From Escherichia coli (GTDB lineage Bacteria; Pseudomonadota; Gammaproteobacteria; Enterobacterales; Enterobacteriaceae): a stretch of DNA of 64,000 nucleotides. A model generated the notes under the pieces. That model did no database searches and was not told where the DNA came from. It was given only the letters and a program-made list of their open reading frames with translations. The position numbers were made by a program, and so were the translations under genes. Location of the stretch: the NCBI RefSeq assembly GCF_003334785.1, contig NZ_QOWV01000018.1. The stretch is one strand, 5' to 3'. Shown here one piece after another: positions 1 through 16,383 of the stretch (position 1 is the first letter of the stretch; each line of letters starts with the position of its first letter).

Positions 1-62
1 AGTGGTGGCGCATTATAGGGAGTTATTCCGGCCTGACAAGAGGAAATTTAAAATAATTTTCT
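1..62 (-). promoter_or_regulatory. rrnA P1: rRNA operon P1 promoter (rrnA-type) reading leftward out of the window
   Basis: Reverse complement of 1..62 reads tcagaaaattattttaaatttcctcTTGTCAggccggaataactcccTATAATgcgccaccAct. -35 TTGTCA at 34..39, 16-bp spacer, -10 TATAAT at 12..17, GC-rich discriminator GCGCCACC at 4..11, predicted +1 near position 3, AT-rich UP element about 40..62. Matches the canonical rrn P1 architecture from memory. Confidence 0.85.
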
Positions 63-88
63 GACCGCGCATTTTTTATTCTTTATGC

Positions 89-634
89 TTATTTCAGCGT
101 CGGTTTGTCGGTTAAATGGGCGATTTCTCGGGCGAAATTCGCCACCTGCTCCCAATCGGTATAGACAACTTCTTTGCGCGTATCCGTTTCACCGCCTGAC
201 ATCTTCATAATCAGCTTGATCATAAAACGGTCGTACCAGCGATAACGTGGGTAACGCAGCGCCCCGGCAATGACCGCGCAGCGATCGGGACGCCATTGCG
301 AGTTCATCAGAAACTTGCGCGCGTAGCTGTTGGTCTGTGGAGTACGCTTCTCCGGTTTGCGCGCCACCAGATTCACGGAGTAAAAGGCGCTCGGCATCGA
401 ATTCAGCCGCGTCGCATTTTTTTTGACAAATTCCTGGAACGCTGAATGGTAGTGACCATAGCGAATAGAAGCACCAATGACCACACGGTCATAGTTTTCC
501 CACTGTGGTTCTTCAATGCGGTGCACATTGGCGACATCCGCCTGGATCCCCAGTTCTTTCAGTTCCGAAGCCAGGTAGGAGGCAATCTCGCGCGTTTGTC
601 CGTCCCTTGTTGAGAAAAGAATTAATGTTTTCAC
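89..634 (-). CDS. hemG: Protoporphyrinogen IX oxidase, flavodoxin-like (181 aa)
   Basis: ORF 89..634; translation [38 protein letters not shown]... recognised as HemG; position next to trkH. Confidence 0.93.
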   Translation of the reverse strand: MKTLILFSTRDGQTREIASYLASELKELGIQADVANVHRIEEPQWENYDRVVIGASIRYGHYHSAFQEFVKKNATRLNSMPSAFYSVNLVARKPEKRTPQTNSYARKFLMNSQWRPDRCAVIAGALRYPRYRWYDRFMIKLIMKMSGGETDTRKEVVYTDWEQVANFAREIAHLTDKPTLK

Positions 635-645
635 GTATTACTCCA

Positions 646-2097
646 TCATTCACGCCAGAAAGTCGGGGTAAAGAGCACCAGCAATGTAAAGACCTCGAGA
701 CGACCAAACAGCATGTTGGCAATCAGGATCCATTTAGCCACCGGGTTCATACTGGTAAAGTTATCAGCAACCACGCCAAGCCCTGGCCCCAGGTTATTCA
801 ATGTCGCAACAACCGACGCAAAGGCAGAAAAGTCATCCACGCCCGTGGCGATAATCGCCAGCATACTGACAATAAACACCAATGCATAGGCGGAGAAAAA
901 TCCCCAAACGGCTTCGAGGATACGTTCCGGCAGTGCGCGATTCCCCAGCTTAATGCTATAGACGGCGTTCGGATGCACCAGTCGTTTCAGCTCACGGTTC
1001 CCCTGCTTAAACAGCAGCAGGATGCGGATCACCTTCAGGCCACCGCCCGTTGACCCGGCGCAACCGCCGATAAAGGCTGAACATAAAAGCAGTACCGGCA
1101 AAAAGAGCGGCCAGCGGGCAATGCTGTCAGTTGTAAACCCGGCGGTTGTCGCCATCGACACCACCTGGAAAAACGCCTGGTTAATTGTCATCAGCGCCGA
1201 ACTGTAGACATTATGAAACCACAGTACGAGGGTACAAATAACCACCAGCGTAAACTGTACGCCGATAAACATGCGAAATTCCGGATCGCGCCAATAAACC
1301 TTCAGACTACGCCCACTTAACAGTGAAAAGTGCAGACCGTAGTTACAGCCGGAGATCAGCAGGAAGATAGCAATGATAGTGTTAATAGTCGGGCTATCGA
1401 AATAACCGATACTGGCATCATGTGTCGAGAAGCCGCCAATAGCGATAGTCGCAAAGCTATGGCCGATGGCATCAAAGGCATCCATTCCGGCAAACCACAA
1501 CGCCAGCGCACAGGCGACGGTCAGCAAGACATAAATCAACCACAGGGTTTTCGCCGTTTCCGCAATTCGCGGGCGCATTTTGTTATCTTTCAGCGGGCCG
1601 GGCATTTCTGCGCGATAGAGCTGCATCCCACCCACGCCGAGGATAGGCAGTATCGCAACCGCCAACACGATGATCCCCATCCCGCCAAACCATTGCAGCA
1701 TCTGGCGATAAAAGAGGATGGCGTGAGGGAGCGAATCCAGCCCCACCAGCGTAGTGGCTCCCGTAGTGGTCAGGCCAGAGAAAGATTCAAAAAACGCATC
1801 GGTAATCGTGAGGTTCGGGCTTTCCGAGAAGATAAAAGGGAGCGCACCGACGCTACCCAGCACGGTCCAGAACAGCACCACTATCAGAAACCCCTCACGG
1901 GATTTAAGTTCGCCTTTCTCTTTGCGGTTCGGCCACCACAGCATAGAGCCAATGGCGAGGGCGACAAAAAAGGTCTGGGTAAAAGCGCGGCCCGCTCCAT
2001 CCCGGTAGATGAGTGCTACCAGCCCAGGGATAATCATGGTCCCTGAAAATAAGATGACCAGTAGTCCAACGATTCGGGTAATGGCGCGAAAATGCAT
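646..2097 (-). CDS. trkH: Potassium uptake protein TrkH (483 aa)
   Basis: ORF 646..2097; polytopic membrane protein starting MHFRAITRIVGLLVILFSG, recognised as TrkH. Confidence 0.93.
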   Translation of the reverse strand: MHFRAITRIVGLLVILFSGTMIIPGLVALIYRDGAGRAFTQTFFVALAIGSMLWWPNRKEKGELKSREGFLIVVLFWTVLGSVGALPFIFSESPNLTITDAFFESFSGLTTTGATTLVGLDSLPHAILFYRQMLQWFGGMGIIVLAVAILPILGVGGMQLYRAEMPGPLKDNKMRPRIAETAKTLWLIYVLLTVACALALWFAGMDAFDAIGHSFATIAIGGFSTHDASIGYFDSPTINTIIAIFLLISGCNYGLHFSLLSGRSLKVYWRDPEFRMFIGVQFTLVVICTLVLWFHNVYSSALMTINQAFFQVVSMATTAGFTTDSIARWPLFLPVLLLCSAFIGGCAGSTGGGLKVIRILLLFKQGNRELKRLVHPNAVYSIKLGNRALPERILEAVWGFFSAYALVFIVSMLAIIATGVDDFSAFASVVATLNNLGPGLGVVADNFTSMNPVAKWILIANMLFGRLEVFTLLVLFTPTFWRE

Positions 2098-2135
2098 CTC
2101 TGCCGCTTCCTTAGTTCTGCAAAACGAAGTGGGGA

Positions 2136-2750
2136 TTATTCTTCAATCGCTAACAATTGCAATGAACCACGGCTAAAATCCGCCAGCTTTGCGGAAAATT
2201 CAGCCACTTTCGCCGCCGGAAGCGCCACCCGCAGCAGAACGAATGCCTGATAATCACTGTTGATAATTTTGCCGTCACACTGCCCCAGCAACGCTTCAAT
2301 GCCGGTTAACTGATGATATTCACATTGCAAAGTATATTCGGTTAATGGCGTCTTGCGTTGGGTCGTTAGCTGGCGCAGCGCCTGATTCACGCCGCCGCCA
2401 TACGCTTTCACTAACCCACCGGTGCCAAGCAATATGCCGCCGTAGTAGCGCACTACCACAGCGGTAATTTCCCCGACGCCGCTGCCCATTAGCTGGGCGA
2501 GCATCGGTTTACCTGCCGTTCCCGCCGGCTCCCCGTCGTCAGAGAAACCCAGCTGTTGAGAATCATCCGGCGCACCCGCGACCCACGCCACGCAATGGTG
2601 CCGGGCATCGGGGTGTTCTGCCCGCACCGATTCAACAAACGCTTTCGCCGCCTCAACGCCATCGGTATGCGCCAACATCGTTATGAAGCGGCTCTTTTTG
2701 ATCTCTTCAACGACCGTGACCGGTGCCGCAGGAATTAACCAGCTTTCCAT
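2136..2750 (-). CDS. yigZ: IMPACT-family protein YigZ (about 204 aa)
   Basis: ORF 2136..2753 begins MMESWLIP; the second Met (2750) is taken as the start to match the 204-aa length I recall. Synteny between trkH and pepQ. Confidence 0.85.
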   Translation of the reverse strand: MESWLIPAAPVTVVEEIKKSRFITMLAHTDGVEAAKAFVESVRAEHPDARHHCVAWVAGAPDDSQQLGFSDDGEPAGTAGKPMLAQLMGSGVGEITAVVVRYYGGILLGTGGLVKAYGGGVNQALRQLTTQRKTPLTEYTLQCEYHQLTGIEALLGQCDGKIINSDYQAFVLLRVALPAAKVAEFSAKLADFSRGSLQLLAIEE

Positions 2751-4081
2751 CACGCCAGTTTCAGATCCCGGGTCATGTTTTCCACGTTGTTTTCGTGGAT
2801 CACCACGTTGTCTTCGATACGAATGCCGCCGAACGGTTTCAGTGCTTCAATTTTCTGCCAGTTGAAGTGCTTGCTGAACTGCCCTTCACGCCACGGTGCC
2901 AGTAGCGATTCGATGAAGTAGATACCCGGTTCGATGGTTAACACCATGCCCGGCTGGAGAATACGGGTGCAGCGCAGGTACGGATATTTTGCCGGTGCCG
3001 CGAGGTGCGTACCGCTATCATCCTGCATAAAACCAGCGACGTCATGCACCTGCAGGCCCAGCGGATGGCCGATACCATGCGGCATAAACGGCCCGGTAAG
3101 ATCGTTTTCGACCATCGCTTCTTCACTCATATCGGTGATGATTTGATGTTTACGCAGCAGTTTGGCGATGCGCTGATGGAACTGGATGTGGTAATCCACA
3201 TAGCTGACGCCTGCTTTCATGGTGGCGATCAGCGCCAGTTGTTCATCATTAACGTCCTTCACCAGCTGCGCGTAGTCGTTGTCACTTTTTGCCGACCAGG
3301 TACGGGTCAGGTCAGCCGCATAGCCGTTATATTCTGCCCCGGCATCCAGCAGGAAGCTGCGCATCTCTTCCGGTGCCTGATGGTCCAGTTTGGTGTAATG
3401 CAGTACCGCAGCGTGTTCGTTAAGCGCCACAATGTTGCTGTAAGGTACGTCGGTATCACGATGACCGGTCGCGGTCAGATAGGCAATGTTGATATCGAAC
3501 TCGCTCATGCCAGAACGGAACGCTTCTTCTGCCGCGCGGTGACCGTTGACCGCCATTTTCTGCGCTTCACGCATACAGGCCAGTTCGTACTCAGTTTTGA
3601 AGGAGCGATAGTAATGCAGGTAGTCGATAACCCCTTTCGGGTTGATGTTGCTGGCCTCAATACCCAGTTGCAGCGCACGTTCCGGCACCGGACCGATATA
3701 ACCGATATTGCCGCGCGCAGCAGGCAGCAGGCTACCAATGCCATCGGCTTTCGGCAGCGCGATCACTTCCACATCTTCAGTCCAGAAAGAGGTCGGCAGC
3801 GGTTCGACGTTGTGCCAGTAATCAACCGGCAGATAGAACCACAGTTTCGGCTTGTTCACGCCATCCACCAGCAACCAGCAGTTTGGCACCTGAGTTACCG
3901 GCACCCACGCTTTGAATTGCGGGTTCACTTTAAACGGATAGGGATGATCGTCGAGAAAAACATTGAACAGCTCGCCGGAGTGAATAAGTAACGCATCCAG
4001 CTTGAAGCGCGCCAGCGCATCGCGAGTCCGTTCTTGTAAGGTAGCTATATGATTTTTATAGAGCGAGGCCAGTGATTCCAT
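2750..4081 (-). CDS. pepQ: Xaa-Pro dipeptidase (prolidase), M24 family (443 aa)
   Basis: ORF 2750..4081; [26 protein letters not shown]...; divergent from fadB as in E. coli. Confidence 0.93.
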
Positions 4082-4270
4082 TTTTTACCCTTCTGTTTTT
4101 TTGACCTTAAGTCTCCGCATCTTAGCACATCGTTCATCCAGAGCGTGATTTCTGCCGAGCGTGATCAGATCGGCATTTCTTTAATCTTTTGTTTGCATAT
4201 TTTTAACACAAAATACACACTTCGACTCATCTGGTACGACCAGATCACCTTGCGGATTCAGGAGACTGAC

Positions 4271-6460
4271 ATGCTTTACAAAGGCGACACCCTGTACCTT
4301 GACTGGCTGGAAGATGGCATTGCCGAACTGGTATTTGATGCCCCAGGTTCAGTTAATAAACTCGACACTGCGACCGTCGCCAGCCTCGGCGAGGCCATCG
4401 GCGTGCTGGAACAGCAATCAGATCTAAAAGGGCTGCTGCTGCGTTCGAACAAAGCAGCCTTTATCGTCGGTGCTGATATCACCGAATTTTTGTCCCTGTT
4501 CCTCGTTCCTGAAGAACAGTTAAGTCAGTGGCTGCACTTTGCCAATAGCGTGTTTAATCGCCTGGAAGATCTGCCGGTGCCGACCATTGCTGCCGTCAAT
4601 GGCTATGCGCTGGGCGGTGGCTGCGAATGCGTGCTGGCGACCGATTATCGTCTGGCGACGCCGGATCTGCGCATCGGTCTGCCGGAAACCAAACTGGGCA
4701 TCATGCCTGGCTTTGGCGGTTCTGTACGTATGCCACGTATGCTGGGCGCTGACAGTGCGCTGGAAATCATTGCCGCCGGTAAAGATGTCGGCGCGGATCA
4801 GGCGCTGAAAATCGGTCTGGTGGATGGCGTAGTCAAAGCAGAAAAACTGGTTGAAGGCGCAAAGGCGGTTTTACGCCAGGCCATTAACGGCGACCTCGAC
4901 TGGAAAGCAAAACGTCAGCCGAAGCTGGAACCACTAAAACTGAGCAAGATTGAAGCCACCATGAGCTTCACCATCGCTAAAGGGATGGTCGCACAAACAG
5001 CGGGGAAACATTATCCGGCCCCCATCACCGCAGTAAAAACCATTGAAGCTGCGGCCCGTTTTGGTCGTGAAGAAGCCTTAAACCTGGAAAACAAAAGTTT
5101 TGTCCCGCTGGCGCATACCAACGAAGCCCGCGCACTGGTCGGCATTTTCCTTAACGATCAATATGTAAAAGGCAAAGCGAAGAAACTCACCAAAGACGTT
5201 GAAACCCCGAAACAGGCCGCGGTGCTGGGTGCAGGCATTATGGGCGGCGGCATCGCTTACCAGTCTGCGTGGAAAGGCGTGCCGGTTGTCATGAAAGATA
5301 TCAACGACAAGTCGTTAACCCTCGGCATGACCGAAGCCGCGAAACTGCTGAACAAGCAGCTTGAGCGCGGCAAGATCGATGGTCTGAAACTGGCTGGCGT
5401 GATCTCCACAATCCACCCAACGCTCGACTACGCCGGATTTGACCGCGTGGATATTGTGGTAGAAGCGGTTGTTGAAAACCCGAAAGTGAAAAAAGCCGTA
5501 CTGGCAGAAACCGAACAAAAAGTACGCCAGGATACCGTGCTGGCGTCTAACACTTCAACCATTCCTATCAGCGAACTGGCCAACGCGCTGGAACGCCCGG
5601 AAAACTTCTGCGGGATGCACTTCTTTAACCCGGTCCACCGAATGCCGTTGGTAGAAATTATTCGCGGCGAGAAAAGCTCCGACGAAACCATCGCGAAAGT
5701 TGTCGCCTGGGCGAGCAAGATGGGCAAGACGCCGATTGTGGTTAACGACTGCCCCGGCTTCTTTGTTAACCGCGTGCTGTTCCCGTATTTCGCCGGTTTC
5801 AGCCAGCTGCTGCGCGACGGCGCGGATTTCCGCAAGATCGACAAAGTGATGGAAAAACAGTTTGGCTGGCCGATGGGCCCGGCATATCTGCTGGACGTTG
5901 TGGGCATTGATACCGCGCATCACGCTCAGGCTGTCATGGCAGCAGGCTTCCCGCAGCGGATGCAGAAAGATTACCGCGATGCCATCGACGCGCTGTTTGA
6001 TGCCAACCGCTTTGGTCAGAAGAACGGCCTCGGTTTCTGGCGTTATAAAGAAGACAGCAAAGGTAAGCCGAAGAAAGAAGAAGACGCCGCCGTTGAAGAC
6101 CTGCTGGCAGAAGTGAGCCAGCCGAAGCGCGATTTCAGCGAAGAAGAGATTATCGCCCGCATGATGATCCCGATGGTCAACGAAGTGGTGCGCTGTCTGG
6201 AGGAAGGCATTATCGCCACTCCGGCGGAAGCGGATATGGCGCTGGTCTACGGCCTGGGCTTCCCTCCGTTCCACGGCGGCGCGTTCCGCTGGCTGGACAC
6301 CCTCGGTAGCGCAAAATACCTCGATATGGCACAGCAATATCAGCACCTCGGCCCGCTGTATGAAGTGCCGGAAGGTCTGCGTAATAAAGCGCGTCATAAC
6401 GAACCGTACTATCCTCCGGTTGAGCCAGCCCGTCCGGTTGGCGACCTGAAAACGGCTTAA
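4271..6460 (+). CDS. fadB: Fatty acid oxidation complex alpha subunit (enoyl-CoA hydratase / 3-hydroxyacyl-CoA dehydrogenase), 729 aa
   Basis: The ORF track opens at 4145, but the recognised N-terminus [31 protein letters not shown] starts at ATG 4271, preceded by ggagactgac as ribosome-binding site, giving 729 aa. Confidence 0.93.
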   Translation: MLYKGDTLYLDWLEDGIAELVFDAPGSVNKLDTATVASLGEAIGVLEQQSDLKGLLLRSNKAAFIVGADITEFLSLFLVPEEQLSQWLHFANSVFNRLEDLPVPTIAAVNGYALGGGCECVLATDYRLATPDLRIGLPETKLGIMPGFGGSVRMPRMLGADSALEIIAAGKDVGADQALKIGLVDGVVKAEKLVEGAKAVLRQAINGDLDWKAKRQPKLEPLKLSKIEATMSFTIAKGMVAQTAGKHYPAPITAVKTIEAAARFGREEALNLENKSFVPLAHTNEARALVGIFLNDQYVKGKAKKLTKDVETPKQAAVLGAGIMGGGIAYQSAWKGVPVVMKDINDKSLTLGMTEAAKLLNKQLERGKIDGLKLAGVISTIHPTLDYAGFDRVDIVVEAVVENPKVKKAVLAETEQKVRQDTVLASNTSTIPISELANALERPENFCGMHFFNPVHRMPLVEIIRGEKSSDETIAKVVAWASKMGKTPIVVNDCPGFFVNRVLFPYFAGFSQLLRDGADFRKIDKVMEKQFGWPMGPAYLLDVVGIDTAHHAQAVMAAGFPQRMQKDYRDAIDALFDANRFGQKNGLGFWRYKEDSKGKPKKEEDAAVEDLLAEVSQPKRDFSEEEIIARMMIPMVNEVVRCLEEGIIATPAEADMALVYGLGFPPFHGGAFRWLDTLGSAKYLDMAQQYQHLGPLYEVPEGLRNKARHNEPYYPPVEPARPVGDLKTA

Positions 6461-7633
<1,173 letters not shown>

Positions 7634-7639
7634 CCACTT

Positions 7640-7822
<183 letters not shown>

Positions 7823-7884
7823 ATGGTTTGCCAGATACGTCATAGATCTAAATGCCACTGAATAACAGTTTAGTTGCCGTTCTT

Positions 7885-7910
7885 CCCGCCTGTCAGGGGC
7901 GGGTTTTTTT
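7885..7910 (+). terminator. Rho-independent terminator downstream of fadBA
   Basis: GC hairpin cccgcctgtcaggggcggg (7885..7903) followed directly by T7 (7904..7910). Confidence 0.75.
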
Positions 7911-7915
7911 ATATC

Positions 7916-8617
7916 TCAGATAAATGCAAACGCATCGCCAAACAGGCGATCTTCCCGCGCATTACGCTCACTGCAAAACAGATCGCGGGCAATTTTCGCC
8001 ATCTCAAAACGTCCGGCAATATAGATATCATGCTCTGCCAGCGTACCGTGATCCTGCAATACCGCCGTTAACACGGTGCCAGTACGCCCACGCCAGCCCG
8101 CTTCCGGTTGTTCAACCACCGGCACCACTTGCAGACCAGGATGCTTCAACGAAAGCGCCTCAAGCTCGCAGAGATCATACAGATGCTGCTCTTCACGCCC
8201 GCCCCAGTAAATGGTGATATCACGGTTTGGGTTACGCGCCAACGCTGTCAGCAAAATCGAGCGGGCATAAGAGAACCCGGTGCCGCCCGCAATCAAAATC
8301 ATCGGACGCTCTTCATCATCGCGCAGCCACGCTTCTCCGTGGGGAATGTCGACCACGATTTGATGATCTTTGAGGATGCGGTCCATGACTGCTTTCGCGT
8401 AAAGGTTGATTTCAGAAGCGCCAATATGCAGCTCGATAAACCCTTTTTCATCCGGCGTCGAAGCCATTGAGAACGGACGTTTGTCGCGCTCATCCATCAC
8501 TACCATCAAATACTGACCAGCACGAAAAGAAAAGGCCGCGTCTGGCACGATGCGGACACGATATACGGTATCCGTGATAGCTTCTACCGAGGTCACTTTA
8601 CAGCTTAAGGTTGTCAT
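7916..8617 (-). CDS. fre: NAD(P)H-flavin reductase (233 aa)
   Basis: The ORF track extends to 8650, but the recognised N-terminus [25 protein letters not shown] begins at the internal Met (8617). Confidence 0.9.
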
Positions 8618-8662
8618 GCGCTTTCTCTGTCGGATCGATAAATAGGGCAAAACAAACGCGCA

Positions 8663-10156
8663 TCAGGCGCTTTTACCGTTGTTAAAAATAGCCAGTTCAT
8701 CCCAGATGGCGTCAATATGCGCGACAACATCTGGATCTTTTTTGATGGGACGTCCCCATTCACGCTGGGTTTCCCCCGGCCATTTATTCGTGGCATCCAG
8801 CCCCATTTTTGAACCCAGCCCGGAGACAGGCGAGGCAAAATCCAGATAATCAATAGGCGTATTTTCTACCAGAACAGTATCCCGCGCCGGGTCCATACGG
8901 GTGGTAATCGCCCAAATCACATCGTTCCAGTCGCGTGCGTTAACGTCATCATCGCAAACGATCACAAATTTAGTGTACATAAACTGGCGTAAGAACGACC
9001 AGACGCCCATCATGACGCGCTTCGCGTGTCCGGCGTACTGTTTTTTGATTGTCACTACCGCCAGGCGATAAGAGCAGCCTTCCGGCGGCAGGTAAAAATC
9101 GACAATTTCCGGGAACTGTTTTTGCAGAATCGGCACAAACACTTCGTTCAGTGCGACACCCAGCACCGCGGGCTCATCTGGCGGACGCCCGGTATAGGTG
9201 GAATGGTAAATCGCATCTTCACGCTGGGTAATATGCGTCACGGTAAATACCGGGAAACTATCGACTTCATTATAGTAACCGGTGTGGTCGCCATACGGCC
9301 CTTCCGGCGCAGTTTCGCCTTGTTCGATATACCCTTCCAGCACAATCTCCGCACTGGCGGGCACTTCAAGATCATTGGAGATACACTTCACCACTTCGGT
9401 CTTGGTGCCACGTAGCAATCCGGCAAACGCATACTCTGAAAGCGTATCCGGAACGGGAGTGACTGCACCGAGAATCGTGGCGGGATCGGCACCCAGCGCC
9501 ACAGAAACCGGGAAACGTTCGCCCGGATGCGCCGCACACCACTCCTGATAATCCAGCGCGCCGCCGCGATGCGACAGCCAGCGCATAATCAGTTTGTTTT
9601 TACCAATCAGCTGCTGGCGATAAATGCCCAGATTCTGCCGCTCTTTATGTGGGCCGCGCGTCACTGTCAGCCCCCAGGTAATCAGCGGCGCGGCATCTTC
9701 CGGCCAGCAGGTCATAATGGGAATGCGATTGAGATCGACGTCATCGCCAGAGACGATTTTTTGTTGGCAGGGCGCACCACGCAGCCGCTTTGTCGGCATG
9801 TTCAATACTTGCTTAAACTGCGGCAGTTTATCAAACAGGTCGCGGAAACCTTTTGGCGGCTCCGGCTCTTTCAGAAACGCCAATAATTTACCAACTTCAC
9901 GCAGCGCCGAAACATCTTCCTGCCCCATGCCCATCGCCACGCGCTTTGGCGTACCGAACAGGTTGCACAGCACCGGCATTGAGTAGCCTTTAGGGTTTTC
10001 GAACAACAGCGCAGGCCCACCGGCACGCAAAGTGCGGTCAGCAATTTCAGTGATTTCCAGATGCGGATCCACCGGGAGCGTGATACGTTTTAGCTCACCC
10101 TGCTGTTCAAGCAGCGTCAAGAAGTCGCGTAAATCGTTATATTTCATGGCGTCCAT
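8663..10156 (-). CDS. ubiD: 3-octaprenyl-4-hydroxybenzoate decarboxylase (497 aa)
   Basis: ORF 8663..10156; [58 protein letters not shown]... Confidence 0.93.
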   Translation of the reverse strand: MDAMKYNDLRDFLTLLEQQGELKRITLPVDPHLEITEIADRTLRAGGPALLFENPKGYSMPVLCNLFGTPKRVAMGMGQEDVSALREVGKLLAFLKEPEPPKGFRDLFDKLPQFKQVLNMPTKRLRGAPCQQKIVSGDDVDLNRIPIMTCWPEDAAPLITWGLTVTRGPHKERQNLGIYRQQLIGKNKLIMRWLSHRGGALDYQEWCAAHPGERFPVSVALGADPATILGAVTPVPDTLSEYAFAGLLRGTKTEVVKCISNDLEVPASAEIVLEGYIEQGETAPEGPYGDHTGYYNEVDSFPVFTVTHITQREDAIYHSTYTGRPPDEPAVLGVALNEVFVPILQKQFPEIVDFYLPPEGCSYRLAVVTIKKQYAGHAKRVMMGVWSFLRQFMYTKFVIVCDDDVNARDWNDVIWAITTRMDPARDTVLVENTPIDYLDFASPVSGLGSKMGLDATNKWPGETQREWGRPIKKDPDVVAHIDAIWDELAIFNNGKSA

Positions 10157-10277
10157 TGTAGCCTCTTAATCTGCGCCCATTATACGGCGTTCATCTTTGC
10201 GATGCTGTAAATTTGTTAAATTAGCGTGAACTCTGACGGTATAACGCAAACCGGGGAATATAATTAACTTAGCGTAA

Positions 10278-11590
<1,313 letters not shown>

Positions 11591-11631
11591 CCTGTACTCC
11601 ATATGACAACCGCCCTGACGGGCGGTTGAAT

Positions 11632-12408
11632 TTATTCTTCAGTTTTTTCGCTTTCTGCTTCAGCGTCGTTTTCCTCTTCCCGATTTCGCCCTTTACCAAC
11701 GTAAAAGCGTGAGAAGAAGACACCGATTTCAAACAGACAGTACATCGGGATCGCCAACAGCGTTTGCGAGAAGACATCCGGCGGCGTCAGCAACATCCCG
11801 ACAACGAATGCACCAACCAGCACATACGGGCGTTTTTTGCGTAAGTCTTCTGGCGAGGTAATCCCCATCCAGCACAGCAGCACAATTGCTACCGGCACTT
11901 CAAAGGAGACACCAAACGCCATAAACAGCGCCATAACGAAGCTTAAATAGCTGGCGATGTCGGTGGATACCTGCACCCCTTCCGGCGCGGTATTGGCAAG
12001 GAAGCCAAATGCCAGCGGAAAGACCACAAAGTAGGCGAATGCCATGCCGATATAAAACAGCAGAGAGCTGGAAACCAGCAGCGGCACCACCAGGCGACGT
12101 TCATGCTTATACAGCGCTGGGGCGATAAATGCCCACACCTGATAGAGAATCACCGGCGCTGACAGAATCAGCGACACCATAAAGGTCAGCTTGATCGGCG
12201 TAAAGAACGGCGAGGCCACGTCGGTGGCGATCATCGTTGAACCTTGCGGCAACTGCTTGATCAATGGCGCGGATACCAGGTGATAGATGTCATTGGCGAA
12301 ATAGACCAGACACAGGAATATCACGATCACCGCGATAATGCAGTTCAGCAGACGCTTACGCAGCTCAATCAGATGCGTGATAAGCGGTTGAGTATCTTCT
12401 ACAGACAT
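11632..12408 (-). CDS. tatC: Twin-arginine translocase subunit TatC (258 aa)
   Basis: ORF 11632..12408; [40 protein letters not shown]... Confidence 0.94.
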
Positions 12409-12410
12409 GT

Positions 12411-12926
12411 TTACGGTTTATCACTCGACGAAGGGGAAGGTGCAGCGGTTTTCGGTTCAGCGTCCGCAGCAGGTTTTACCACCGGCTCTGGCGTGGTTTC
12501 TGGCTTCTGTTCCGGCGAACTGGCCTGCGTTTGTGCAGCGGCAGGCGTTACGCCCTCATGCGCAGCTTCATTATCTTTCACCACCGGGTTATGGATGGTG
12601 TGCGCTTCATCGCTCGCCTTTTCAGGATCGTTTGCAACGTAGGAACGCTTCATCGACTCCGCGGCCTGGCGTAGTTCATCCATCGACGCTTTCAGTTCGG
12701 GCGTCAGGTTAGTGAGGCTCGCCTTTTCAACCTTTTTCAGACTGTCCTGAAACTCCTGGAGTTTTAACTCCTGGGTCAGTTCGTTCTGCACCGTTGTCGC
12801 CAGTGAACGCAACGCGCGAATCCAGCCCGCTACCGTTTTTACCGCCACAGGCAGTCGTTGCGGCCCCAGAACGACGAGGCCGATGATGAACACCAATAGC
12901 AGTTCGCTAAAACCGATATCAAACAC
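12411..12926 (-). CDS. tatB: Twin-arginine translocase subunit TatB (171 aa)
   Basis: ORF 12411..12926; [43 protein letters not shown]... Confidence 0.94.
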
Positions 12927-12929
12927 GGA

Positions 12930-13199
12930 TTACACCTGCTCTTTATCGTGGCGCTTCGCGTCTTCTGTTTTAGCCTGTTCCTGATTCGTATCCGCCTGCT
13001 TATCGGCGATAGTTTTCGCAGTAAAATCAGCATCCTGACTGGTTTTATCCTGCTTTGGTTCATCATCGCTCATTGCTTTTTTAAAGCCTTTGATCGACGC
13101 ACCAAGATCGGAACCGATGGAGCCGAGCTTTTTGGTGCCAAAAAGCAGTACAACGATGACGGCAATAATCAATAACTGCCAAATACTGATACCACCCAT
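12930..13199 (-). CDS. tatA: Twin-arginine translocase subunit TatA (89 aa)
   Basis: The ORF track extends to 13241; the recognised protein [49 protein letters not shown] starts at the internal Met (13199). Confidence 0.92.
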   Translation of the reverse strand: MGGISIWQLLIIAVIVVLLFGTKKLGSIGSDLGASIKGFKKAMSDDEPKQDKTSQDADFTAKTIADKQADTNQEQAKTEDAKRHDKEQV

Positions 13200-13277
13200 A
13201 CATGTTCCTCTGTGGTAGATGATGATTAAACAAAGCCGCATTATACGTTACACGGCCCGCCTTGAGCGATGAAAAAA

Positions 13278-15520
<2,243 letters not shown>

Positions 15521-15533
15521 TTCCGGTCTCCTG

Positions 15534-16289
15534 TCAGAACTTATAACCACGATGCAGCGCCACAACCCCTGCCGTCAGATTGTAGTAGTCGACACTTTCG
15601 AATCCGGCATCCTGCATCATGGCTTTCAGGGTATCCTGATCGGGATGCATACGGATGGATTCTGCCAGATAACGGTAGCTGTCGGCGTCGTTCGCGACCA
15701 GTGAGCCAATACGCGGCAGCACATGGAAGGAGTATGCATCATAGGCTTTGCTCAGCGGCTCGATAATTGGCTTCGAGAACTCAAGCACCAGCAGGCGGCC
15801 GCCGGGTTTCAGCACGCGATACATTGAACGCAGTGCTTTATCTTTGTCGGTGACGTTACGCAGACCAAACGAAATGGTGATGCAATCAAAGGTGTTATCC
15901 GGGAACGGCAGCGCCTCAGCGTTCGCCTGAACATACTCAACGTTGCCAATCACACCGATATTACGCAGCTTCTCGCGGCCCATTTTGAGCATGGATTCAT
16001 TGATATCAGCAAGGACCACTTTGCCAGTTTCTCCGACCAGGCGGGAGAATTTCGCTGTCAGGTCGCCGGTGCCACCAGCCAGATCCAGCACGGTCTGCCC
16101 ACGGCGTACGCCGCTGCAATCAATCGTGAATCGCTTCCACAAACGATGAATACCAAATGACATCAAATCATTCATGACATCGTATTTTGATGCCACGGAA
16201 TGGAAAACGTGGGCGACCATATCCGCTTTTTGTTCCTTCGCGACGGTCTGAAAACCAAAGTGCGTCGTTTCTTGTAACTTATCCACCAT
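15534..16289 (-). CDS. ubiE: Ubiquinone/menaquinone C-methyltransferase (251 aa)
   Basis: ORF 15534..16289; [52 protein letters not shown]...; SAM-binding motif LDLAGGTGD. Confidence 0.94.
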   Translation of the reverse strand: MVDKLQETTHFGFQTVAKEQKADMVAHVFHSVASKYDVMNDLMSFGIHRLWKRFTIDCSGVRRGQTVLDLAGGTGDLTAKFSRLVGETGKVVLADINESMLKMGREKLRNIGVIGNVEYVQANAEALPFPDNTFDCITISFGLRNVTDKDKALRSMYRVLKPGGRLLVLEFSKPIIEPLSKAYDAYSFHVLPRIGSLVANDADSYRYLAESIRMHPDQDTLKAMMQDAGFESVDYYNLTAGVVALHRGYKF

Positions 16290-16383
16290 CTCAATGCCTG
16301 CTCATCAAAAAATTGTTCCAGAAGTGTAACAGATTGGGCGTCGATGCCCTAGATTTCTACCCGGCTTAACTACTCCCAATGGG

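Noticed and set aside
4145-4270. 42-codon N-terminal extension of fadB in the ORF track (771 aa versus 729 aa)
   Set aside because: The recognised FadB start [12 protein letters not shown] has its own ribosome-binding site; the upstream in-frame ATG lies in the pepQ-fadB divergent promoter region.
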